A DNA stretch of 64,000 nt from the human T2T-CHM13v2.0 reference genome, Homo sapiens. Position 1 is the first letter of the stretch. Each line of letters starts with the position of its first letter. The DNA is taken from assembly GCF_009914755.1 (NCBI RefSeq), contig NC_060925.1. One strand, given 5' to 3'. This document shows, one piece after another, positions 33,486-47,733 of this stretch. The position numbers were made by a program, and so were the translations under genes. The notes beneath the pieces are model-generated. The model was not told the origin of the DNA and searched no databases. It saw nothing but the letters and a program-made list of their open reading frames with translations.

Positions 33486-33822
33486 TTAACTACCTAAGCT
33501 TCATTTTGCTAAACTACAAACTTGGATTATTCATTTCTATTAGCCTATCTCTCATGTCACTATAAGCTACAAAAAGTGATATTACCAATTTTAAAAGTAA
33601 AATTTCTGGCAAATATTATAGCTGAAAGAAGCAAACTACCTATCTTCATCTTAACTACCTAAGCTTCATCTTGCTATCTAACTTTTATCTTACTAAACAC
33701 AAACTTGGATCAATTTGTTTCTATTAGCCTGTCTCTTATGTGACTATAAGGGCACAAAAAGAGTGATATTACCAATTTTAAAAGTAAAGTGTGTGGTAAA
33801 TATTGTAGTTCAGAGAAGCAAA
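33486..33822 (+). repeat. Diverged tandem duplication: 33486-33635 and 33651-33822
   Basis: ttaactacctaagcttcat...acaaacttggat...gtgatattaccaattttaaaagtaaa...agaagcaaa occurs twice. Confidence 0.95.
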
Positions 33823-34158
33823 AGAATAAAATGAATTAGAGTCAGGGTAGGCTCCACAGTATAAGTTAAACCTTTTCAGGGTTAGTAAAAATCTTATTAA
33901 CAAAAGCCTATTCTTTCAGTTTCACGTTTTCCAAAGAGGAGGGTAATTAAGGAGGAAGGTACCCACTTTTAGGTAGAAACCTGGGTGTTTAAGGAAGTGA
34001 TTAAAATGAGTCTCCCGGAACTACCAGTGGACCCTAGCACTCTTCCAGCTTTATTGGTGCCCATCAGTCATTCAAAATCTGCCCAGGCCTCTAAAACTGT
34101 TCTTATTAAGATTAGACCTGAGTGAATCCACAAACATAAAAATAAGACTAATGTGAAC

Positions 34159-34882
34159 CTTTGCCGAAAATGCAAATCCAACCTAAATTGCCGCCCTGTT
34201 TTTTAGGTTAAAAAATTCTGGCCGGTTATTTTTTTTTCCAAATTAATTTTGGATCATAAGAGTCTATTAGCTGGTTTTTGCTGGCACCACACTGCTGAAA
34301 GGATGACAAGAAATAGGGAGCCTTGGAAATTGTACATGTCTGCCCTAAGAATTCCAGTCCCATTTTATAACCCAGAAAGTCTTAGATCATTTGGATCTGG
34401 TTTAGATAAACTGACTAGAATGAAACCAAATCAGTGCATCTTCTAAGCTTCTCCCAGCCATCCTTCATTAAGAGAAGAGTCATTTTTGCCTTTTATGAAA
34501 AGGCAGAGCCAAAAGATCAATATTCACTGGCTTTCCTTCCATCCAAAACTTTTCCCACAGGTCTGCTGCCAACTTATGAGCAGAAGTTTCAATTTTTGCA
34601 TCTCTGTTTTTCAAATACAGGGGAGTTATATGGGGGCATTCCCCATAGCCTTGTCAGGCCCTGTGCTTCCCCTTAGTTCAAAGTGTCTCTGTAGAACTGT
34701 GTACTTGGGCATTTGTGACAGCCCTGGCACCAGCATGTCCACCACTGAAGATGGGCCCTGCCATGTCTTTGCTGCTGAGGGTGCACAGAAAACCCCTGAA
34801 AATGATGCTACAAGTGTTATAAGCACTTTTTGGTCTTCTTCAAACCGTAGCCATAGGGGCACCTTGGAACCACCTCAGGAGA
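34159..34882 (-). pseudogene. Pseudo-exon e17 (RGS helix 5-8-like); lower boundary uncertain
   Basis: atcttatttctacag|T; one frame reads LLRWFQGAPMATV*...KIETSAHKLAADLWEKFWMEGKPVNIDLLALPFHKRQK*LFS**RMAGRSLEDALIWFHSSQFI*. Confidence 0.6.
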
Positions 34883-35888
34883 CTGTAGAAATAAGATGTG
34901 CATATTCTTACTTTTAGGCATTCAAAACTATCTCTGTCAAACGTTGTCTATCAAATTTGATAGAGAGAAGCATGTTGTAGAGGAGAAAGCACAGTCTTTT
35001 GCCCTTGATGGACACACATTGCCTGACTGCCTGGGAAATCTCATCTTCAAGGTGGATGATTTTTTGGCTCCCTATTAACTTCTAATGAGTGAGATCCAAG
35101 ACAGAGCAGTCTTATAGTAAATGCCAGCCCACAGCAAATAAAGACTCCTAGAACACTAGAAATAGAAGTTCTCTTTGAGATTATGTAGTCCAGTATCCTC
35201 ATTTTACGTAGAGAGAAATATGGCTCAGAGAGATTGGGTGACTTCCCCAGGGTCTCACAGCCAGTTTGAGTCTGAGGTGCAATGAGAATCTAGGTTCTTC
35301 CATATTTGGCAGCTTCAAATCTGTCCTTGGAAGCCAATGGTTTCCTTCAGTTCTCATAAATTAGAACAGTTCTGAATAGCAATCAAGTTGTTACTTTTTG
35401 TTCCTTATGTTGTTATACTGCAAATTTTAGTTTAAACCCTTACAAATTTTATAAAACTGGCTTAAAACTTCTAACTTTCTCAATGATAACTGTGAATGTC
35501 TGAATACACAATTTGGCTGAACTCAAAGACAGTTATTGATTGAAACTCTGTAACATATAGTGTCACAAGGCTCCATTAGCCGTGAGTTCCATGAGGGCCA
35601 TTAATTATGGATATTTTGTTCCGGGCCTAGAACAGAACTTGTACATAGTAGATACTCAACAAATATTTTTGCAATAAATTTTCCCATTATCTATCTAACT
35701 TTTCCAATTTAGCAGTTCAAGTGATATTGTCCTCCTAGCAATAATTAATATTCAAAAAGTTTTTATGTTCAATTCATGAGTCTCATATCCACTTCAATTG
35801 AATGTTCTCAATTCTGTGTTATATGCCTTCATATTTATTCCATTGACTTGAACTAACAATCAGTTACTTGGTATCAGTTATATGTATT

Positions 35889-36210
35889 TGTCTTAGTCTG
35901 TTTTCTGTTACTACAATAGTATCCCATAGACTGGGTAATTTATAAGGAAAATAAGTTTATTTAGCTCATGGTTCTAGAGGATGGAAAATCCAAGAGCACT
36001 GTGCTGGCATCTGGTGAAGGCCTTTTACTGTGTCATAGTAAGGCAGAGGGCATATTGTGGTGAAGAAGGCAAAAGCAAGAGAGCCAAAGAGAGCTCACTT
36101 TTATAACGAAGCCACTTTTGTGATAATAAAACCTCTGGTGATAGTGATATTAGTTCATTCATGAAGGCAGAAATATTCTCTCCAACACATTAACTCTTGG
36201 GAGACACCAT
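35889..36210 (-). mobile_element. MaLR (MST-like) LTR
   Basis: tgtcttagtctgttttctgttac...agactgggtaatttataa...tccaagagcactgtgctggcatctggtg. Confidence 0.8.
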
Positions 36211-36243
36211 CACATGATAAGAGAACATTGTTCTATTTGTTAA

Positions 36244-36586
<343 letters not shown>

Positions 36587-37371
36587 TAAATGTGCAGCTC
36601 ACTGAATTTTCTCAATATCAACATTGTCTGGTTTTTAATAAAAAACATATAAATAATAGCAAATCATGCTTCTGTCATTGATCAGTTTGCAATTTCTTTA
36701 AAAGAAAATACATACATAAAAATTAATTCTGCAAAAGACATGTGAAATAAGTAGACTGTATGGCATTTGTTGGAAGAGTACGGCAGAGAGAGAACATTGA
36801 GCTGGAATAGTTTGGGAAGGTTTTATAGGAAGAGACAGGATTTAGACTAGGACTTAGAGGACAGATGTGAATTGGGAGAGAACAAAGAGAAGGAAAGAAT
36901 ATTTGGGTTAGAGGAACTGATTGATCAAATGTCATCATGTTCAACATGAGACCAGTAGGTGAACAGCAAGTGGAGCTATATGGAATAAGAGGACTGAAGT
37001 TTTATATTATGGAAATTCTGTTTGGAAAAGAAGGGCCTTATACTTTATACAAATACTGTATATACATTATGCTAGATAAGTAAATTTTGTTTAAACTACA
37101 ATAGAAATGAAAGAAGAAAAGGCTGATTGAGAAGTATAGGTTGTTTTGTAGTCTATGGTAATGGTACTCCCTGGAGATGTTCAGTGTTCAACCTGCACAA
37201 ATCTGCATGCTAGTCCTTGTGGAGCCTGACCTCACATGGCAGCAGCAGGAATGAAAAGAAAGTGAAGATGTGCAAGAGACTACAAATAATTGAAGTGTTG
37301 TTGAACATAGCTTATTGGGTAGTAAGAAATTAAAGGCAGACCATGGTTTAATATGTAGTTTCCCTAATAAC

Positions 37372-37545
37372 ATTTTAGGCTGCGCTCTTGATGTTTTAAT
37401 TCCAAAAAATAACTTGTGAAATTTCACTATGAAGTTGGCCCAGAAGGTGATATATTTTTGGTCAAAGGCTTTTTTGATGAACCTTAAGAAATAACAACTC
37501 CATACTTCTTTCATTTGTAAGCCTGACCCCATGTGGAGGTATGGG
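37372..37545 (-). pseudogene. Pseudo-exon e16 (174 nt, stop-free, RGS helix 3-4-like)
   Basis: cttgttatttatttgcctag|C; weak donor at|gttatt; PYLHMGSGLQMKEVWSCYFLRFIKKAFDQKYITFWANFIVKFHKLFFGIKTSRAQPK (inside ORF 37188..37619). Confidence 0.65.
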
Positions 37546-38337
37546 CTAGGCAAATAAATAACAAGAATAAGAACACCTTTATTCCTCTCACATTCCCTTG
37601 ACTTTGTCCTTTGTACCATGGCAAACTGGAAGGGGACATTGAAGAATTAATATGGAGTGTGAGGCTCTCACAGTGGCCCCTGAGGAACAATTTTCAATAT
37701 GTTACACTGTTATGCTAAGAAAGTTTGCAAACCAGGTCATTTGATTCAACTCCCCTCTAATAAGCATCAGCAGTGTCAAGTTGCTCAAAGAATCTTCACT
37801 AAATCTAAATAAATATAAGAATTTTACAAACTTTCCACAAAGATTTATTGGGTACCTCTTGTGTGGCTACCACTCTGGAGTGTCTTCCTGGCATATAGGT
37901 TGGTGCTCAATAAACATTTATTAGATGAAGAATTAATGAATTAGTAAAAACTTGTGTTTTAGGAGGCTAATGTGCTGGATTTGAGAGGAAGAAGGCCAGA
38001 GGCAACAAGAACAGTTGAACTTTTGTTGTAATCCAGACCTTAGACTGTGAAAGTTTAAATGAGAATACAAGGAAAAGGCAGGGAAGTGGTGGCTTATGGG
38101 AAATGTCAGTGAGACATTGTAGCTCATTGGCTACAGGGAAACTATTAAGATGAATGAGAAGAAAAGAGTCAAAGACAGTTGGGTTTTGAGATCTGAGTAG
38201 AAAGAGTATTCAAGTAGTGGAAAGTGAGTAGGAATGGCATTATTTTTAGGCATGTTTGGTTGGGGTCATGGGAGAAGCCTTTGCATGGAGACATCCTGAA
38301 ACCACAACTCTCCAACTGGTGTCTGGGTCAAAGCCAG

Positions 38338-38650
38338 AGCTAAAAGTGCCTCAATTCATCAATCGTTGGAAGTACACATGTCAGCCATTAAGACGGATTG
38401 ACATGTCACAATGCAAAATCAATTACTTTAGGTTAAAAAAAAGCATTTTTGTCTGTTTTATCATATCTCAATCATCAAATTTCTTTTGCAAAACTAATGA
38501 GTTTTATTTAAACCCAACATGCTTGCAATATGACTGCTAAAACAACAATATGCAATTTTGAACTGCATTAATATGGTGTCCGAAGAAAGGAGCAATGTTG
38601 CATAGCATTGCTTCTCAAACCTTTTGTCACTATCACTCCCTAAGGAGCCT
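38338..38650 (+). repeat. Inverted duplicate of 41607-41915
   Basis: Reverse complement aligns at roughly 80% over about 310 nt, including the exact stretch ggacaccatattaatgcagttcaaaattgcat. Confidence 0.95.
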
Positions 38651-39300
38651 TTTTAGATTGCTTGAGACTGATGGTATTTGGAGTTAAGACAAAGGGATAA
38701 CTTCACAGGGAGAAGAGTGCAAAGAGCAGAAGCCTAATGACCACGCCAGGAGGAGTGCAGGGAGGGCTGGAAACAGAGATGGTGCATTTAAAGGATGGAG
38801 AATGTAAGACTTGTGAGTCACTAAGTCAAGGGGAAAGAGAGTTTTCAATAGGTAGGTAATGAAAGAATTGTCAAGTACTAAAAAAGATAAAAAAGAAAAC
38901 AAACAAGAAAAGTCCATTAGATTAATCATTTTCAAACTGGATTTATAAAATTTGTGTCTGCGGTCATGAATAGGTGACATATTAATAACTAGTCAGATCA
39001 GTTTTAGAAATTAAGTGGAAATAATTGCCTGCCCCCAGTTAGTTGGAGCTATGTATATATTTTAAAATAAAGTTGTTTGGTTTGTTGTTTTTAATATGCT
39101 GTATGGACGCTGGGTAGCTGTATCACAAGAAGGATTTCGATATAGTTTCTTTTCTAGTAGTGAAGGCTCTTCATTGTTAGCACCAAGGGAAACATAGTCC
39201 ATCTAAGGTCGAGGCATATTTTCAGCAGGAACTGGCAGTTGTTCAGTCATTGGGTGGCTAACAAAGAATTTTCAGTGTAAGGACGAAGGGGGGTAGTCAC

Positions 39301-39663
39301 TCAGCTCCACCGTTCAGGTAGCCAATGTGCTCAGCGATGTGGTTGAACAGGAATGGGGACACATCACTAACTGCATAGGGAAGATTTTCAGGCCACTGCC
39401 GTGTGGGATTTTGTTTATTGGTCAGGTTTGCAAACAACTTCCCTCAGACCAAATATTGAAGTAGTTTAAGCTTGGAGAAAATTAGGGAGGTGGTTCTGCA
39501 TATGCCTTGAGTCCTAGACTCGATGGGTTCTGAGAGATCATGTATCCTGGCCCTCGGCCTATGATCTATTCTGTTTCACTCTATTATTGAAAAGATTGTC
39601 AACCAGTTTCTCCTTGACAGCTTCCAGCAAAGGGGCGTTCACTACATTGCAAGGAAGTTTATC
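39301..39663 (-). pseudogene. Pseudo-exon e15 (363 nt, phase 2 to 2)
   Basis: tactaatttcag|G and ga|gtgact; ...SLIFSKLKLLQYLV*GKLFANLTNKQNPTRQWPENLPYAVSDVSPFLFNHIAEHIGYLNGGA; locally more CpG than the flanks. Confidence 0.55.
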
Positions 39664-39935
39664 CTGAAATTAGTAATCTGTATCTTACAGCTGTTGCAAT
39701 TTCCTGGGATAGTGCATAATATCTACTAGCCAGTGTTCTTGGCACTTTAGAGATATTCACCCATTTAATCTTCACTTTAACTCCATGGATAAAATGTCCA
39801 CCTAACAAAGTAAATTCTATTAATACCCACATTTTTTTAGATGAGGAAATTAAGGCATGAGTTGGTTATGTAACCTTCGTAAGGCCAAAGGATTCAAACC
39901 ATGGTGGTCTTACTCCAGTGTCAGCTCATAACTAG

Positions 39936-40740
39936 TGTAGAGAAGGAACAACTGTTTTTCTTCTACCCATTTCAGGCTCATTGACTGTATCCTATAAGTT
40001 ATACTACTAAAAGACAGATTAGGGCAGACATGGTGGCTCACGCCTGTAATCCCAGTTCTTTGGGAGGCCGAGGCGGGCGGATGACCTGAGGTCGGGAGTT
40101 TGAGACCAGCCTGACCAAAGTGGAGAAACTTCGTCTCTATTAAAAATACAAAATTAGCCGGGCATGGTGGCGCATGCCTGTAATACCAGCTACTCAGGAG
40201 GCTGAGGCAGGAGAATAGCTTGAACCTGGGAGGTGGAGGTTGTGGTGAGCCAAGATCGCACCATTGCACTCCAGCCTGGGCAACAGGAGCAAAACTCTGT
40301 CTCAACAACAACAACAACAACAACAACAACAAAATCCAAAAACAAAAAGACAGATTAACAAGAAAAAAATAAACAGAAGTTTATTAGCATGTGCATTGTG
40401 CATATATGTGGGAGCACCCAGTGATGAGCAACTCAAAGGGGTAGTTAGAACTTGGGTTTATATAGCATCTTAACAAAACACAATACAAGTTTTTTGAGGG
40501 AAGTGACAAGACAAAGGAAAAGGACTTTGAGTTTGTCGAGGTAACAAATTGTGAGAAGGCAAACATATGGGGGAAACTAATGGTAAGTAAGGGCTAATGT
40601 TAGCAAAGTTTTGTTATGTAAATTTTTCTGGTGCCCACCTTTGGACTGAGAAGGGTCTAGCACTGTCTCTGATGAGGGCAAGAGCTTTTCTTATATCTGC
40701 TTCTTAATAATCCTTATGCCAAAGTAGCAAGCATATTGCG
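39936..40740 (-). mobile_element. ERV1-type LTR (MER34/39-like) interrupted by an Alu
   Basis: aaaagacagattaacaag...cagaagtttatt...ctcaaaggggtagttagaac pattern. Confidence 0.5.
40023..40345 (+). mobile_element. AluSp with (CAA)n tail
   Basis: gtcgggagtttgagaccagcctgacca...ggagaaac; TSD aaaagacagatta. Confidence 0.95.
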
Positions 40741-40787
40741 CTATCTTTCACTTGTTCACTCTAATGTTTAATACCTCTTGCTAGTTA

Positions 40788-41000
40788 TTCAAATATTTGA
40801 GGACAGTTATTAGGGCTTCCCTAAGCATTCTTTTCTCAGGCTAACTGTTCCCTAGTTAATACAATCTTTTTTTTTTTTTCATGCTATGATTGTGATCTTC
40901 TAGGAAAGCATAATTTAGTTCGTGATTGTCTCTCTTAAAACCAGTGCTCAGAACTGAACCCAGGCTCCACTAAGTTCTGAAGAATGTATAGAATTGTGTG
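40788..41000 (-). mobile_element. L3/CR1 fragment, resuming at about 41665-41730
   Basis: ttcaaatatttgaggacagtt...cttttctcaggctaa...gctcagaactgaac. Confidence 0.55.
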
Positions 41001-41735
41001 GAATCATGTAATTGTTAGGTTCTAAAATTAGGCTGGAAGGTGAGAATTGAGAATAACCAAAATTACCTCTGAAAAAGCCCTTAACTGACTCATAATAGAG
41101 ATTACATAAGATATTGTATATAATTCTGTCCAGAAATTCTTCTGCTCATTAAAATTTGAGAACCACTATGTTGACTAAAGAATGCAAAACAAAGAAAGTT
41201 GATATACAGATACCTGCACATTTAAAACATTCTGTCTTTAAGGTAATAATCAAATCACCAGTGATGAATGAAGCATGGATAGAAAATACTCAATTGGTTC
41301 TATTTGCCTGAAATATTACTTCATTGTGATTAAATATTAAGCTCTATAATATATATTAATTATTTGTGTTGCATGAGAATTAAACAAGAAGGGGGATAAA
41401 GATAGGTTCTAAAATCAATGTGTAAGTTTAATATAATCGGAGGCCTTGCCATTCAGCATGTATTCTCAAGAGGGGAGCTATCATTCCCAAGGGGGTAAAA
41501 ATTGGTTCTTGGTGGGCAAAAAAAACATACTTTTTAAATATAAATCCCAGACATATACACAAAACATTTCATGGGGCAAGTGATAATTATAAAGACATGT
41601 ATAAATAGGCCCCTTAGAGAGTGATAATGACAAAAGAATTGAGAAACACTGCTATATGACATTGCCCCTTGATCTGGACACCATATTAATGCAGTTCAAA
41701 ATTGCATTTGTTATTTTGGCAGTCATACTGCTCAC

Positions 41736-42174
41736 ATTTTGGGTTTAAATAAAGTTCAAAGGTTTTATAAAAGAAATTTGATTATTGGGTTGTGATGAAA
41801 CAGACAAAAATGTTTTCAAACTAAAGTAATTGATTCTGCATTGTGACATGTCGATAAATCTCAATGGCTGGCATTTGCTCTTCCATTGATTGATACATGG
41901 AGGACAGTTTCAGCTAGGCAAAGGGGGGAATTTTGTTCAGCAGATGTGGGGCTTTCAGCTTATAAACTGTGCTCTGTGTGAATGCCTGCAAAGGCAGATG
42001 AATAAATTCACTTGATTTTGGTTTTTGACTTATAAGCCCATGTATTTCATCCTTGATGCTGTACTGAGAAAAAATGTAAATCCCGTGGCCATGACTAGTT
42101 CCAGCAAAAGGTCTCCCAAATATTTCTCAACTCTATCATCACCATCACCAAAAATAAGCTCAAAATCTCACACC
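41736..42174 (-). pseudogene. Pseudo-exon e14
   Basis: cttcttccgtctcaatag|G and aat|gtgagc; V*DFELIFGDGDDRVEKYLGDLLLELVMATGF(frameshift)...MEEQMPAIEIYRHVTMQNQLL*FENIFVCF. Confidence 0.65.
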
Positions 42175-42296
42175 CTATTGAGACGGAAGAAGTGGTTTCA
42201 GTATGTTTGTTTGCAAAGGATGGAACATTTGGCTTTTACATATGTATTTGTGATTTTTTTGTGGTTATATAGTTATTACCTTCCCCCTCCCCTTAC

Positions 42297-42493
42297 CACT
42301 TAACAAATGACATCAAATCCCTTTTCAGGAAGGAAACTGTCTAGGTAAGGCAAAACACCATTTACATACTAAAATACCATACAGTTGCAAAATAATATGT
42401 CCCAGGAAGAGTTTGGAAGGAGAGGGCAGAACACCTTAAAAACTAAATTGCTCTGCATAAGAAAATATGAAGCATTTACCCTGTTTAACACTT
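42297..42493 (-). pseudogene. Pseudo-exon e13
   Basis: tgtctctcttcctctcctgcttcag|A and gtg|gtaagg; EVLNRVNASYFLMQSNLVFKVFCPLLPNSSWDILFCNCMVF*YVNGVLPYLDSFLPEKGFDVI. Confidence 0.7.
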
Positions 42494-42747
42494 CTGAAGC
42501 AGGAGAGGAAGAGAGACAAATATGGTAGGATTGAGATGGGCTGTATGGCTATAACTTAAGGAAGCGGCAGCTGGATAAAATGGCCATGACATTATTTTGA
42601 AAGAACCTCAATGTCTATCTTCCAAGGCCCAGTGGTAAAATATAATCCCTCCTTCATTATCTATCATTTTAGTGTAATATTTTAAAATGAAAAACACTTC
42701 AAATAATTATAACAGACACTCATGTGTGCACTAAGAACAGATGTTAA

Positions 42748-43101
<354 letters not shown>

Positions 43102-43126
43102 CTCTTTTTATTTTTTAAAAAGCCCT

Positions 43127-43421
<295 letters not shown>

Positions 43422-43899
43422 CTAAAACTCTATCTTCCCCTTCCCCTTGTTTCTCTTCCAGAGGTAACCAATTTCCTAAAATAGTGAATATCACTTTCAG
43501 GTTTTAAAAAAAGAGTATGTATTCATTATATCTCATATATTCATTACTAATATTCACTATTATTCTTTATATGTCAATTTTTTACATAAGTGTTATCGAA
43601 CTGCATTTTTGGTCTCAAAACTAACCTGTTTTATGCAACTTGCTTTTTTCACTCAACATTATGCGCTGTGTTGAAAAACAATCCTGGTTCATTCCTTTAA
43701 CTGAACCGTAATGTTCATTATATATAAATTTAATGTCATTCACCAATTCCCCTGTGGAAGGAAGTTGAACTGTTTCTTTTCTTTTTTTTTTTTTGTCTCC
43801 AAACCTCCCTCAGTAGAAGTAAAGAGGGAGGACCCCGCCCCAACCTTAGACACCCACATTTCTCTGTCCCATAATACTCAGATTCTCCACCATTATCCA

Positions 43900-45430
43900 C
43901 CTGGAAGAAGTCATTATGTCCTTTATGGCTATGTCAGTCACTGTGGTAAGCTCCAGACTCCCATACTCTTTAACTAGCGTGAGGTCCTCTCTCCTACACA
44001 TTCCCAGCCTCTGCACTCCTTCCACTTTGCCCTTTGGAACCCACTGCCCTTTTCTTGAGTTTTCAAGGATTCATACTCCATATTTCCTCCAGATGTTCAG
44101 TTCTTGGTTCTAAATTAAACCCAGGCTCCCTCTTGCGGTCACTGCCTCCTCTGTGTCCTTTTACTTAGTGGCTGTTTTCTTCACTCATCTTGGAGGTGGG
44201 ATGGTTGGCCTCCTTGCTTCTCATTGCAGTCTCCAAACCATTCACCATCCCTCTTCCCTTTGAGTCTCCTGTCATTGACTCTATCCACAACTCCTCCTTG
44301 TAACAGTCATTCTAAACCTCGGTTACCCCTCATTTCACAAAGACATTTAGTTTCTAGGCTAATGCTTCTCAAACTTCAGTGAACACATGAGTGTCTAGGG
44401 GGATCTTGCTGAACTATAGATTCTGACTCAGTAGTTCTGCATTGGAGCCTCAGATTCTGCTTATCTGACAAGAACCCAGTAATATGGAAGCTGCTGGACC
44501 ACTCTTCAAGTAGTAAAGTTCTAGATCACTGTCACTTTCCCAACAGTACTACTATCTTTTTGAGGGGAGGATTTCAATCCCTATAGAGACAATCCTCCCA
44601 GCACCCTGTACTTCAGATCATTAGCCTTCTCTCCTCCAGTAAACTTGTTTCTATCTCAGACATTCCCTCCTCTACACCTTGTTATTACCCAAACTGGCAA
44701 CCCTTTCATGATCTTAATTTTCAGCATCTAATTCTCCATCACCTCTTATCTTTCCTGCTCACTGATTCTATTCCCCAAACACAAACAAGTCTTGAACTTC
44801 CCTCATCCACTCAAACTTACAGTTTCTCCACCTCCCTCATTCTATTCATGTTCACTCTTAACTTTACCCAGTTTAGAGTCCATGGCAGTTGATTATAATC
44901 ACTCTCTTGTATACGTGGCCAACTTCCTCGCCCCTTCTTTCTTCATCATACTCACTTGACAAAAATCTCAAACCTGGCTAATTACAATGCTCTGCCTACT
45001 ACACATTTGCACCCATGCTCCTAAATGAAGACAAGGAAAAGGTTGCAGTCCTATTGGACCATGAGTCTCATGTTAAATTTATGAGCACAAACCTCAAGTG
45101 GAAGTGGAATGCCATCTGTCAATCACACTATCCCTATCCCATTTTCTCTCTTGCACTCTTCCAGATAGCAATTTTGTGTCTTCTCCTTCCTCAAATCTCC
45201 AATACCTCCTCCTCATTCCTCACTCTCAGTTGAAGACCTCACTTATTATTTTATGGAGAAAGCAAGAATGACAAGAAGACTTCACAAGCTCCCACCCTAA
45301 CATACACTCAGGCATTCCTCCTTAGAACTCTACCTCTCTTACCTACTCAATGCCATGCCTCTAGAAATTCTCTCCTTCTCTTCCTGCATTATATCTTCCT
45401 CTCTAATGCACTGCATCTTCCTTTCAGCAT
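43900..45430 (+). mobile_element. L2 relic with a MER5 insertion at about 44360-44520
   Basis: Pyrimidine-rich L2 ORF2-like sequence; gcttctcaaacttcagtgaacacatga...gattctgactcagtag is MER5-like. Confidence 0.55.
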
Positions 45431-45444
45431 AAAGCATACTTTTT

Positions 45445-46336
45445 AAAAATTACTATAAGTTCTGGGATACATGTGCAGAACGTGCAGGTTTGTTACATAG
45501 GTATACACATGCCATGGTGGTTTGCTGCACCCATCAACCTGTCATCTACATTAGGTATTTCCCCTAATGTTATCTTTCCCCTAACCCCTCACCCCCAACA
45601 GGCCCCAGTGTGTGATGTTCCCCTCCCTGTGTCCATGTGTTTTCATTGTTCGACTCCCACTTATGAGTGAGAACATGTGGTGTTTGGTTTTCTGTTCCTG
45701 TGTTAGTTTGCTGAGAATGATAGTTTCCAGCTTCATCCACGTCCCTGCAAAGGACATGAACTCATCCTTTTTTATGGCTGCATAGTATTCCATGGTATAT
45801 ATGTGCCACATTTTCTTTGTCCAGTCTATCATTGATGGGCATTTGGGTTGGTTCCAAGTCTTTGCTATTGTGAATAGTGCTGCAATAAACATACATGTGC
45901 ATGTGTCTTTATAGTAGAATGATTTATAATCCTTAGGGTGTATACCCAGTAATGGAATTGCTGGGTCAAATGGTATTTCTGGTTCTAGATCCTTGAGGAA
46001 TCACCACACTGTTTTCCAGAATGGTTGGACTAATTTACACTTCCACCAACAGTGTAAAAGCGTTCCTGTTTCTCCACATCCTTTTCAAGATCTGTTGTTT
46101 CCAGACTTTTTAATGATCGCCATTCTAACTGGCATGAGATTGTATCTCATTGTGGTTTTTATTTGCATTTCTCTAATGACCAATGATGATGAGCTTTTTT
46201 CATATGTTTGTTGGCTGCATAAATGCCTTCTTTTGAAAAGTGTCTGTTCATATCCTTTGCCCACTTTTTGATGGGGTTGTTTGTATTTTTCTTGTAAATT
46301 TGTTTAAGTTCCTTGTAGCTCTTTGTCAGATGGATA
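45445..46336 (-). mobile_element. L1PA (PA7/8-like) 3' fragment
   Basis: L1 3' UTR and ORF2 C-terminus (MFIAALFTIAKTWNQPKCPS...). Confidence 0.95.
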
Positions 46337-46377
46337 TACTTTCAGGGATCATTTCTATAGTTTGTTATCCATCTGGC

Positions 46378-46673
<296 letters not shown>

Positions 46674-47044
46674 CCAAGCATACTTTTTTTTTCCACTTAA
46701 AAAAATAAAAGCCTCTTCCTCATTCGTCCTAGTTCTCTGCTCATTTCAAAGCAAGCTCCTTAAAATAGTTATCTACACCAAAGTCTTTGATTTCTCCCTC
46801 CCTACCCTCTTTTAAGCCCACCACAGTTAGGCTTTTGCCCATACTACACCTCTGAATTGGAATTTTTTTCTATCATAATCAACATTAGATGTCTTATTAC
46901 CTTCAAATAAAAAAACTTTTAAAAACAGCTTAGTCACAGAATGCATAAATTATTAACTGAATGTGAACAGTTAAAACAAACACAATAACTAGCTGCATGC
47001 ATACCCTGAAAATATGGGTTTACCTTTGACTGCCAGTTACTTAC

Positions 47045-47111
47045 CATACAGGAAGCTGAAAATAGTTCTGCAGTCAGAACTGGCTAGATCAGTGTCTTAC
47101 TGGTTGCCTAC
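47045..47111 (-). pseudogene. Tentative pseudo-exon e12
   Basis: Strong donor atg|gtaagt; acceptor weak, so the upper boundary is uncertain; ends in phase 1, matching e13. Confidence 0.35.
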
Positions 47112-47289
47112 CTAATTGATTGATAGATTCACCTATTCATTTATCCACCTTTTGAGTTCTGAATTTACTAATTCACCCCACATTCTGCATTTTTTTCTTT
47201 GCCTTCCCCCCATTCCTTTCCCCCTTCTCTTACTGGTTAATGGATGTCATATAGGCTTTCAGATTCCTTTAGGGAGCCGCAATACTCAC

Positions 47290-47441
47290 TATGAGGATCT
47301 TTTTATGAAACTTTGTTGACCTCACTGCAAATCCTGATACACTACATATTTTACTTTTCTACCTTATTTTCCTTATGTGTTTATTATATCCTCTTATACA
47401 AGAATCATCCAGACTGTTGCTCGTTCTTCTAGCTGCTTTAA
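47290..47441 (-). pseudogene. Pseudo-exon e11 (152 nt)
   Basis: atctccctgttttaag|T and ata|gtgagt; frame ambiguous. Confidence 0.55.
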
Positions 47442-47733
47442 CTTAAAACAGGGAGATTTAAAAGAGTACTTCATCTTCAAGTGAATAAACTAGTTCCTAT
47501 ATTTATTTTACCTTTAGTCTAAGCATTTACCAACATTGTAATTTTCTGCTCTTTCCTTGCTTTTACATTCTGCACACTTTATTTTATTTTTTTGCTACAT
47601 TTTTCTGTCTTTGGCTCTAGTTTAATTTATGTGCTATAATCTTCTGGCGGACCACATACTGTCCCCTAATATAACTTAGAGACCTTCACTAAAAACTGCA
47701 TTTTGTTATGAGTGGTACTTGTAGAATGCACAC

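Noticed and set aside
34486-34917. 143-aa plus-strand ORF with an acceptor-like site at 34620
   Set aside because: It is antisense to pseudo-exon e17, has no recognisable motif, and has no partner exons on plus.
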